From Armatimonadota bacterium (GTDB lineage Bacteria > Armatimonadota > UBA10988), in contig JACRKZ010000166.1 in NCBI GenBank assembly GCA_016235455.1, positions 12,237 through 76,236 on the forward strand: a DNA stretch of 64,000 nt, read 5' to 3'. The translations under genes were made by a program, and so were the position numbers. This document shows, piece by piece, positions 54,811 through 64,000 of the stretch. Each line of letters opens with the position of its first letter. Positions within the stretch are counted from its first letter, which is position 1. A model generated the notes under the pieces. That model did not search any database, was not told the origin of the DNA, and worked only from the letters and a program-made list of their open reading frames with translations.

Positions 54811-57603
54811 CTACGGTTCAAACCAGATCGGGCTGGCCACCGCGACGTGCTCATCGACGGTCTCGATGCGCGCGTAGTACCACAAGCGCCCCGCCGGCGG
54901 GCTCTGGTCGGTCCAATCGAGCGTCGCCGCGCGCTGGTCGGGCTCGGTCTGCAGGACCGGCTCGTTGTTGCGCAGCAGCGTCACCGTGCGGATGGCCGCG
55001 GGCGCCTGCGCCTGGATGCGGAACGACAGCGGCCCGGCGGGATGCGGTCGGCGGTCACCCATCATGGCGTCGCCGCAACTGAACCAGAGCGTTGTCTTGG
55101 GCCCGGACGTGGCGTAGGTGTGGCGCGCGCGGATGGCGGCCAACAGGCTGTCGCGGCCCATGTCGGGCGCCCAGACGCCGGCTTTGCCGCTGCCGCCGCC
55201 GTGGTCGGCGCCGCCGATGACGCCGAAGACCAGGCCCTTGGCCCACAGGTCCTGGGCCCAGTAGCCGCGGAACGGTGTGCCCTGGGCGGCCTGACGCGGC
55301 GCGCCGAGCGCCTCGTAGCTGCCGCGCGCCTGCATCAGTTCGGCCACCGGCTGCCGTTGCTCGTCGTGCATGCGCCAGTCGACGGGCGGGTTGTCACGGC
55401 CTTTGTCCTCCCAGTCGGCCAGCTGGTGCGGGATGCAGAGGTAGTTCTGCCCGCCCAGCGCCTCCCACAACGCGGCGGGCGAGGGTGAGCCGTCGAAGCT
55501 ATTGTAGTAGCGGGGCGGACGCAGGTCGCCGAAGATCAGGCTGCGGTGACCGTAGCGTCGCGGCTCGCCCGGCGCGGCCGGACGCGCGGAGCTGGACGAC
55601 CACTCCTGGCCGACGAACGGCTCGAAGCGGCCGGCGTCGCGCGCCAGGCGCGCCTGCTCGCCGGCCACGGCCCACTGCGGGCCATCGAGACTGTAGTCGT
55701 GATCGGTGATGGCGACGAAGTCCATCTGCTCGATGTCGCGCAGGTTGGCGTAGACCTCGGCCGCGCCGGGGTTGAGGCGGCGCTCGCAGGTGGAGATGTC
55801 CGTGTGCTCGTGCAGGTCGCCCCAGTACAGGCTCAGCGCCTGCTTGCCGTGGCTCTGGCCGGCGCGCGGCAGGCCGACCGCCTCGATGGCGCGGCGCTTG
55901 GCCAGGTCGAACTCGGTGGTCGGCATGGCCAACGCCACCAGCTCCGGCGAGCCGGCCTGCGGCCGGCGCACCAGCCGGCGCAGGCTGATGCCCGACTGCC
56001 AGCCGCCGTCGAGCCCGCGGTTGTCCGTGGTGTCGGGCATGGTGTCGTACTGCACGGCGACGACACCGCCGCGCGGCGACCAGGTCAGGTCGACACCGCG
56101 TGAGCGGCCGTCGGCGTCCAGCAGTTCGATCGGTCCGTACCACCCGTCGCGCGTGTAGCACCAGGCCAGTGCGTGCCACCCGGCCTGGATGCCGGACGAG
56201 CGCCGCGCGGTGAGCCACATGCGGCCCCCCTCATCGAACGAGAGACGGGGTCGAAGCAGCGGCTCGCGCGGCTTGCTGACCGAACTGAACAGGCCACTGG
56301 GCATTTCCATGATCGGCAGCGCGCCGATGCCCAGCCGGGGCGCGCCCAGCCGCGCCACGACAATGCGCTGCTCACCCACGAGGTTCACGCGCAAGCCCGG
56401 GTAGCTCTGTGCCTGCCAGGCCAGCCAGACCTCGTCGCCGTAGCTGGCCAGCGCCACGCGGCGCTCCACGCGCGGGTCGGCGGTCAGCCGCGTGGCCTTC
56501 TGCCAGACGCCGACACGGCGCCGGCAACCCCACAGGTCGGCCTGGCCGTCGGCGAACGCGTCCCAGGCCACGAAGGCTTCGCCATTGGCCGGCACGACCA
56601 CGGCTGGCCGGTAGCTGTTGGTGCCCTCGGGTGACAGCCGCTGCGGCGGGCCGGTGCGGTCAGCGCTGAGCGTGGCCGCGTAGACCGCGCGTTGGCCGCT
56701 GGGATTGGCCTCCCAGACCAGCAGTGCGTTCTTGCCGTCGGCGGCGATCTCGGGCTCGCAATTGGCCGCCGCTTCGGCCTCCGCCGAGCCGCGTGTGACG
56801 ACCTTGCCCTCTTCCAGGTGCAGCCAGTCGATGCGCCATCGGTCGCCGCGCTCGACGGCAGCCGCCACCCAGCAGCCCTTGGTGCTCGCGGCGATGGCCG
56901 GCGCGCCCACGCCGGTGGTCTGGTCGTCGCCGAGCCTGGCGACCAGCACGCGCCGCTGCTCGTCGACGCGGTAGACGCCCACGAACGGCTTGCCCTCAAT
57001 CTGGCTGCCGGGGATACGTTGGGTGACCGCCATGAAGATGTCGCCGCCGCTCGTGGCGCACAGCGCGGGATGGTCTTCCACCGAGGCGGTGTAGGGCGGT
57101 TGCTCGGCGGGCAGCTCCTCGACCAGGATGTCGTCGATCCACACGCGGCCCGGCGGGCCGGTGCTCGTGTCCGGTGCGACGAACTCAATCTGGCCGCGCA
57201 CGCGGTCGCCCTCGCCGCCCGCCAGCCAGCTGCCCTCGAGCCGCCGCCAGTCGCCCGGCACGACCGTGCTCAGGCGGGCGAGTTCCTGGCGGTTGCCATC
57301 GACGTTGAGGTAGAGCGCCGCGCCGGAGCCCTTGTCCGAGCGTACATAGCAGCGCACCACGAGGCGGGCGCCCACCGTCACCGAGAAGTCGGTGCGGGCG
57401 ATAGCCTGCTTGCCGGCCTGCAACAGCTCGGCGGTGAAGGCCCGCGTGCCGGTGCGGCCCATGCCATCGCCGTGCTTGTGCACCGCGCTGTCGAGCACGG
57501 GCTCGTTGGCCTCGAAGCTGGTACGGAAGATCGTGCGTTGGGCGACGATCGGGGTGATCTGTGCGTGTGTCACGCCGGCCAGGGCCAGCAGGAGCGCCAG
57601 CAC
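54811..57603 (-). CDS. Secreted PHP-fold metallohydrolase (DUF3604/CehA-McbA-like) with CBM-like and propeller N-terminal domains; start uncertain
   Basis: YWGDLHEHT, AITDHD, GQEW, GHR, IPH, GADH and RHTYATSG; C-terminal WYYARI...SPIW. Confidence 0.8.
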   Translation of the reverse strand: MLALLLALAGVTHAQITPIVAQRTIFRTSFEANEPVLDSAVHKHGDGMGRTGTRAFTAELLQAGKQAIARTDFSVTVGARLVVRCYVRSDKGSGAALYLNVDGNRQELARLSTVVPGDWRRLEGSWLAGGEGDRVRGQIEFVAPDTSTGPPGRVWIDDILVEELPAEQPPYTASVEDHPALCATSGGDIFMAVTQRIPGSQIEGKPFVGVYRVDEQRRVLVARLGDDQTTGVGAPAIAASTKGCWVAAAVERGDRWRIDWLHLEEGKVVTRGSAEAEAAANCEPEIAADGKNALLVWEANPSGQRAVYAATLSADRTGPPQRLSPEGTNSYRPAVVVPANGEAFVAWDAFADGQADLWGCRRRVGVWQKATRLTADPRVERRVALASYGDEVWLAWQAQSYPGLRVNLVGEQRIVVARLGAPRLGIGALPIMEMPSGLFSSVSKPREPLLRPRLSFDEGGRMWLTARRSSGIQAGWHALAWCYTRDGWYGPIELLDADGRSRGVDLTWSPRGGVVAVQYDTMPDTTDNRGLDGGWQSGISLRRLVRRPQAGSPELVALAMPTTEFDLAKRRAIEAVGLPRAGQSHGKQALSLYWGDLHEHTDISTCERRLNPGAAEVYANLRDIEQMDFVAITDHDYSLDGPQWAVAGEQARLARDAGRFEPFVGQEWSSSSARPAAPGEPRRYGHRSLIFGDLRPPRYYNSFDGSPSPAALWEALGGQNYLCIPHQLADWEDKGRDNPPVDWRMHDEQRQPVAELMQARGSYEALGAPRQAAQGTPFRGYWAQDLWAKGLVFGVIGGADHGGGSGKAGVWAPDMGRDSLLAAIRARHTYATSGPKTTLWFSCGDAMMGDRRPHPAGPLSFRIQAQAPAAIRTVTLLRNNEPVLQTEPDQRAATLDWTDQSPPAGRLWYYARIETVDEHVAVASPIWFEP

Positions 57604-57622
57604 GGTGCCTGCCCGCGAACCG

Positions 57623-57703
57623 CCCCCGTCCCGGCCCTCCCCGCGAGCGGGGAGGGAGCGCCGATATCCGTCCCCCCGCACGCGGGGGGACCACAGGGGG
57701 GGC
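57623..57703. repeat. REP-like inverted pair of G/C-rich hairpins
   Basis: ccctccccgc-ga-gcggggaggg (57635-57656) and gtccccccgc-ac-gcggggggac (57670-57691), with flanking C and G runs. Confidence 0.8.
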
Positions 57704-57842
57704 TGCCCAGGCCGCTTGCGGGATGGTACCGAGTGTTGGTGGTCAGGTCGTATCACGGCACTTAGGATGACTGCTCGCCTCGGATCGCGCAACCCGGCAG
57801 GAGTCGGGCAGCCGCTGGCCAACTGCCCGCGCGGAGAACCGC

Positions 57843-59963
57843 ATGTCCGCACCGCTGCTGCTTGCCCTGCTGACCACGCTGATCGGGGCCGAGCGACCCG
57901 ACATCGTGCTGGCCGACTTCGAGGCTCCGACTTACGGTGCCTGGACGGCGGTCGGCGAGGCGCTCGGCGCTGGCCCGGCCCAAGGCACGCTGCCCAGCCA
58001 GATGCAGGTCAGCGGCTACAAGGGCCGTGGCCTGGTCAACACCTACCGCGGCGGCGACGGCACGACGGGCAGCTTGACCTCGCCGCCGTTCGTCATTGAG
58101 CGCAACTACCTGAACTTCCTCATCGGCGGCGGGCGCGACGAGCAGAAGCTGACCCTTGCGCTGCTGGTGGATGGGAAGGTGGTGCGCACCGCAACCGGCC
58201 CCAACGACCGGCCGGGCGGCTCCGAGCGCCTGTCGCCCGACGGCTGGGACGTGTCCGACCTGGCCGGCCGCACGGCCAGCCTGCGCATCGTCGACGAGGC
58301 GACTGGCGGCTGGGGCCATATCAACGTGGACCAGATCGTGCTGAGTGATAGGAAGGTGGCGAAACCCGTGGCGAAGACGGTTGAACTGGCGGTCGTTGGC
58401 CGCTACCTGCACCTGCCGGTGCGTAATGGCGGCGAGAAGGCCAATGCGACGCTGACGCTGGCCGACGGCGAGAAGCGGCACTTCGAGATTGAGCTGGCCA
58501 CCGACGGCCAGGCCGATTGGTGGGCGCCTTGCGACCTGGGCGCCAAGCCCGCGGGTCGGGTCACGCTGACCGTCGACCGCGTGCCCGAGGAGGTGGACCT
58601 GGCCAAGCTGCCGCGCTTCGGCGACACGCTGCTCGAGGCCGACAACCTGTACCACGAGGCGCTGCGCCCGCAGTTCCACTTCAGCCCCAAGCGCGGCTGG
58701 ACCAACGACCCCAATGGCCTGGTCTACCATGACGGTGAGTGGCACCTGTTCTTCCAGCACAACCCCTACGGCGTGCAGTGGGGCAACATGCACTGGGGCC
58801 ACGCCGTCTCGCCCGACCTGATGCACTGGACCGAGCTCGACGAGGCGCTCTATCCCGACCCGCTGGGGCCGATGTTCTCGGGTTCGGCGGTCATCGACGA
58901 GCAGAACACCTCGGGCCTGGGGAACGGCAAGGTGCCGCCGCTGGTGGCCATCTACACCGCCTCGGGCGCCAGGCCGTGTCAGTGCCTCGCCGTCAGCTCC
59001 GACCGCGGCCGTACGTTCACCAAGTACGCTGGGAACCCGGTGTTGCCGCACATCGTCGGCGGCAATCGCGACCCCAAAGTCATCTGGTATGCGCCGGGCA
59101 GGAAGTGGGTCATGGCGCTGTACCTGGACGGCGAGCAATTCGGCCTGTTCGAGTCCAAGGACCTGAAGGCCTGGACCAAGCTGTGCGACGTGACCGTGCC
59201 CGGTTGCTCGGAATGCCCCGAGTTCTTCGAGATCGGTGTCGAGGGCAAGCCCGGCGAGACACGCTGGGTGTTCTACGGCGGCAACGGCCGCTACATGGTC
59301 GGCCGGTTCGACGGCAAGACCTTCACCGCCGAGACCGGTCCGCACCTGATCCACCATGGCAACTGCTGGTATGCCTCGCAGACCTACAACGGCGTGCCCG
59401 CGGCCGATGGCCGGCGCATCCTCGTGGCCTGGGGCCAGGTGCAACTGCCCGGCATGGCCTTCAACCAGCAGATGTCATTCCCCATCGAGCTGACGTTGCA
59501 TCCCACGGCCGACGGGCTTCGGCTGTATTCGGCGCCGGCACGCGAGATCGCCAAGCTCCGCGCCAGGAGCCACGCGCTGCCGGTCGGGCCCATCGCTGAC
59601 GGCGCCAAGCCGCTGCCAGAGGCCAAGGGCGGCCTGTACGACGTCGAGGCGGTGCTGGAGCCCGGCACGGCGACGCAGGTGGGGCTGAACCTGCGCGGCT
59701 TCGCCGTGACCTACGACGTGGCGCGGAGCCATCTCACGGTCAACGGGGTTGGCGCGGATGTCAAGCTGCGCGACGGCCGGCTGAAGCTGCGCCTGCTGGT
59801 CGACCGCGCGTCGATCGAGGCCTGGGCCCAGGACGGTGAGGTCTACCTGCCCGTGCAGGCCGTGGCCGGCCCCGACAAGCAGGCGGTGGAGCTGACCGCC
59901 AAGGGCGCCGGTGCCAGGCTCGTGAGTGGCACGGTGCACGAACTCAAGCCGGTCTGGAAGTGA
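57843..59963 (+). CDS. Secreted GH32 levanase/beta-fructofuranosidase with N-terminal extra beta domains
   Basis: WTNDPNG, WGHAVS, FSGS, RDPKV, ECPE and YASQTY. Confidence 0.93.
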   Translation: MSAPLLLALLTTLIGAERPDIVLADFEAPTYGAWTAVGEALGAGPAQGTLPSQMQVSGYKGRGLVNTYRGGDGTTGSLTSPPFVIERNYLNFLIGGGRDEQKLTLALLVDGKVVRTATGPNDRPGGSERLSPDGWDVSDLAGRTASLRIVDEATGGWGHINVDQIVLSDRKVAKPVAKTVELAVVGRYLHLPVRNGGEKANATLTLADGEKRHFEIELATDGQADWWAPCDLGAKPAGRVTLTVDRVPEEVDLAKLPRFGDTLLEADNLYHEALRPQFHFSPKRGWTNDPNGLVYHDGEWHLFFQHNPYGVQWGNMHWGHAVSPDLMHWTELDEALYPDPLGPMFSGSAVIDEQNTSGLGNGKVPPLVAIYTASGARPCQCLAVSSDRGRTFTKYAGNPVLPHIVGGNRDPKVIWYAPGRKWVMALYLDGEQFGLFESKDLKAWTKLCDVTVPGCSECPEFFEIGVEGKPGETRWVFYGGNGRYMVGRFDGKTFTAETGPHLIHHGNCWYASQTYNGVPAADGRRILVAWGQVQLPGMAFNQQMSFPIELTLHPTADGLRLYSAPAREIAKLRARSHALPVGPIADGAKPLPEAKGGLYDVEAVLEPGTATQVGLNLRGFAVTYDVARSHLTVNGVGADVKLRDGRLKLRLLVDRASIEAWAQDGEVYLPVQAVAGPDKQAVELTAKGAGARLVSGTVHELKPVWK

Positions 59964-59967
59964 GCCA

Positions 59968-60005
59968 GCCGCCCGATCGTCGGACCTGTCCGACGATCGG
60001 GCGGC
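59968..60005. terminator. Perfect palindrome between convergent genes
   Basis: gccgcccgatcgtcggac-ct-gtccgacgatcgggcggc, with 18-bp arms. Confidence 0.75.
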
Positions 60006-60013
60006 CCCTCTGC

Positions 60014-60901
60014 CTACTTGACGAAGCCCTGAACCTGCAGCCAGACCAGCAGGTCGCGCGTCCACGGGTGGAGCTGCGGCTCCTTGGCGGGAGTGTAGTC
60101 GTGCAGTCCGAGCGCCACGCCGTGATTGCCCTTCTGGTAGACGTGCAGGTCGAACGGCACGCGGTTGGCTTGTAGCGCCGCCACGAACGCCAGGGCGTTC
60201 TCAACCCTGACCGCCTGGTCCTCGAACGTGTGCCAGACGAAGCACGGCGGCGTGTCCTTGGTCACCTGCAGCTCGTTGGACAGCAACGTGATCAGCTCGG
60301 GCGAGGGGTTGGCGCCCAGCAGGTTGGCCCGCGACCCGCCGTGGGTGTTGGCGCCCATGGAGATCACCGCGTAGCACAGCACGGCCAGGTCGGGCCGGCA
60401 GCCGGCGCGGTCGATGGGGTCGGCGGCGTTGGGGTCGCCTGTGTCGAAGTGCGTCGCCGCGGTGCTGGCCAGATGCCCGCCGGCGCTGGAGCCCATGACA
60501 CCGATCAGCTTGGGGTTCAGGCCCCACGCGGCGGAGTTGGCGCGGACGGTACGGATGGCGCGCTGCACGTCGTACATCATCGCCGGATGCCGGTAGCCCG
60601 CCGAGCCCAGGCGGTACTTGAGCACGAACCCGGCCACGCCATGCTCGGCGAGGAACAGCGCGTAGTCCTTGCCCTCATAGCCGGCCAGCCCGCCATACCC
60701 GCCGCCGGGGCAGACGACCATGCTGGCGCCGGTGGCCTTCTCCGGCGCGGGCCAGAAGGGGGTGAGGGTGGGGACGTCCTTGACCGGGTCGGTGCCCGTG
60801 GCCAACGGCGCACCGTTGGGCCACAGCGGCTGCTCGGTGGTGGGCCGTTGGGCCCAGACGGCGGTGCACAGTAACAGGCAGAACAACAGCGCTCGCGGCA
60901 T
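60014..60901 (-). CDS. Secreted alpha/beta hydrolase (carbohydrate esterase, BD-FAE-like)
   Basis: CPGGGY, GSSAGGHLA, TPPCFVWH..D and GNHG. Confidence 0.9.
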   Translation of the reverse strand: MPRALLFCLLLCTAVWAQRPTTEQPLWPNGAPLATGTDPVKDVPTLTPFWPAPEKATGASMVVCPGGGYGGLAGYEGKDYALFLAEHGVAGFVLKYRLGSAGYRHPAMMYDVQRAIRTVRANSAAWGLNPKLIGVMGSSAGGHLASTAATHFDTGDPNAADPIDRAGCRPDLAVLCYAVISMGANTHGGSRANLLGANPSPELITLLSNELQVTKDTPPCFVWHTFEDQAVRVENALAFVAALQANRVPFDLHVYQKGNHGVALGLHDYTPAKEPQLHPWTRDLLVWLQVQGFVK

Positions 60902-61022
60902 GGTCGGGTTTCTCCGGGCGGCGCGCGGCCGGTCGGCGGCCCTAGTGAGAGCCGACTGAGCGCGCCCGGCGGACCGTATTGGCCACGTGTCGCCGGCTAC
61001 CTTGTGGAGTCAGCGCCTGTGC

Positions 61023-62697
61023 TCAGTTCGGGTCGCTCGCGACGAGCCCCGGCGCTGACTCGGTCGAGCGGCGGCGCTCGTTCTGCGCGCCTGCGGGGCC
61101 GCTGCCGCTGCCGGTGTCGGACGACGGGTCGAGGCGGTGGCCGATGTGGTCACCTTGGGCCTGTTCGAGCAGCCTGGCGTTTGGCGGCCCATCGGCGTCG
61201 ACGCAGCGCGGTAGCAGCACGCTGACCGTGGTGCCCACGCCGACTTGTGAAGTGACCTTGACGAACCCACCGTTCTGACGAGCCGCACCGTAGACCGACG
61301 CCATGCCGAGTCCCGTGCCGTGCCCCATCCTCTTGGTGGTGAAGAACGGCTCGAAGATGCGGGCCAGCGTCTCGTCGTCCATGCCGCTGCCGTCATCGGT
61401 GACCGAGATGAGCACATAGTCCCCGGCGGCGACCGTCTCGCCGTCGGGCAGTTCAGCCTGCTCGACGCTGGTGTTGCTCGTGCGGATGACGATGGTTCCG
61501 TAGCCGCTGATGGCGTCGCGTGCGTTGAGGCACAGATTGGCCAGGATCTGGTCCAGCTGCGACGGGTCGATGCGGCACGGCCACAGCCCTGGCGCCGGTT
61601 CGAAGCGTAGGATGGTCTGCTCGCCAAGGAGCCGGTTCAGCATCTTCAGCATGGTCGGCACCGCGCCGTTGAGGTCGAGCACGCGAGGGCTGACTGTCTG
61701 CTGACGCGCGAACGCCAGTAATTGGCTGACCAGATCCGCCGAGCGCAGCGCCGCCAGGTGGATCTCCTCGAGGGCGTCATGGACGCTCTCGGTATCCGCG
61801 ACGCCATCCATGGCCTCCTCGGCCTCGCCCAGGATGACGGCAAGCATGTTGTTGAAGTCGTGCGCCACGCCGCCGGCGAGCAGGCCGATGGACTCCATCT
61901 TCTGCGCTTGGTGGAGTTGCGCCGTCAGTCGCGCCCGCTCATTCTCGGCCCGCCGCCGCTCGGAGATGTCGCGGATGAACACCACCAACTGGTCGGTGTC
62001 ACGCTGGTGCTGCGCACAGACCTCCACCTCGAAGCTGGTGCCGTCGGCGCGGCGGTGCTGGGTCTCAAAGCGGTCCTCGCCCGCTGTGCGCACCCGGTTC
62101 AGGTGGTCGCGCAGGTCGTCTGGGCCCTCGAGCATATCCAGGTCGTCGATGCCCATGGCCAGCAGTTCGGCTTCGCTGTAGCCGCTCATACGGCAGTAGG
62201 CCGCGTTGGCGGCCACCAGCTGGCCGGAGTGGTCGGTCAACCAGAACCCGTCCATCGCGGTCTCCACGATGGTGCGGTAGCGCTGCTCGCTGGCCCGCAG
62301 CGCGGCCTCGGCGCGCCGCAGTTCACGATAGCGGCTCAGCTCCACATGGGTGCGAACGCGGGCCACCACTTCGTCCGGGGCGAACGGCTTGGTGATGTAG
62401 TCCACCGCGCCCTCGCGGAACGCGCGCAGCTTGGCCTCGGCGACATCCTGGGAGCTCACGATGATCACCGGAATGGCGTGCGTCGCCGGGTCGTCCTTGA
62501 GCCGAGCCAGTACGGCGTAACCATCCATGTCGGGCATCATCGTGTCGAGCAGCACCAGGTCGGGCGGCGCGGACGCCGCGGCGCGCAGCGCGTCGGGCCC
62601 ACTGGTGGCGATGCGGAAGTCGTAATCTTGCTCTAGAAGACCACCCAGCACCCGCAGATGCTCAGGCATATCATCCACGGCCAGAATGACCGGCAGG

Positions 62698-62705
<8 letters not shown>
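61023..62705 (-). CDS. Hybrid sensor kinase REC-PAS-HisKA-HATPase
   Basis: VDD..LLDTMMPDMDG..DYITKPF; PAS; QKMESIGLLAGGVAHDFNN; NLCLNARDA; PFFTTK; GTGLG. Start moved to ATG 62705. Confidence 0.92.

Positions 62706-64000
<1,295 letters not shown>

Overview
A GC-rich (about 70% by eye) bacterial chromosomal segment of roughly 45 genes, with no rRNA, tRNA or CRISPR array that I can see. It is dominated by secreted carbohydrate-active enzymes: three GH5-like domains in two genes, plus GH51, GH87-like, GH99-like, GH106-like, GH32, a 1072-aa clan-A-like modular enzyme and two esterases. It also carries galT, three Gfo/Idh/MocA oxidoreductases, housekeeping genes (cysD, rpsT, mqnD-like), an arsR-arsM pair, two ABC systems, an orphan IS630-type HTH and two hybrid histidine kinases. 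The gene repertoire resembles PVC-superphylum or Armatimonadota-type glycan degraders; this is inference only. The most notable signal is two paralogous secreted tri-haem (3x CxxCH) beta-propeller proteins related to hydrazine synthase alpha. Each is fused to a different carbohydrate-binding-type module and sits next to a glycoside hydrolase gene, with no hzsB/C in the window. They are candidate uncharacterised glycan-targeted haem redox enzymes. Other observations include a CxxCH-bearing TolB-like/DUF6057-like pair, a 680-aa extra-long efflux adaptor, a pilGHI-like ABC module, a shared arsR/arsM operator-like motif, a probable C-terminal frameshift in the GH51 gene, a permuted FN3 domain and several distinct REP-like palindromes. 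All family calls come from motif recognition by eye, not from database searches.
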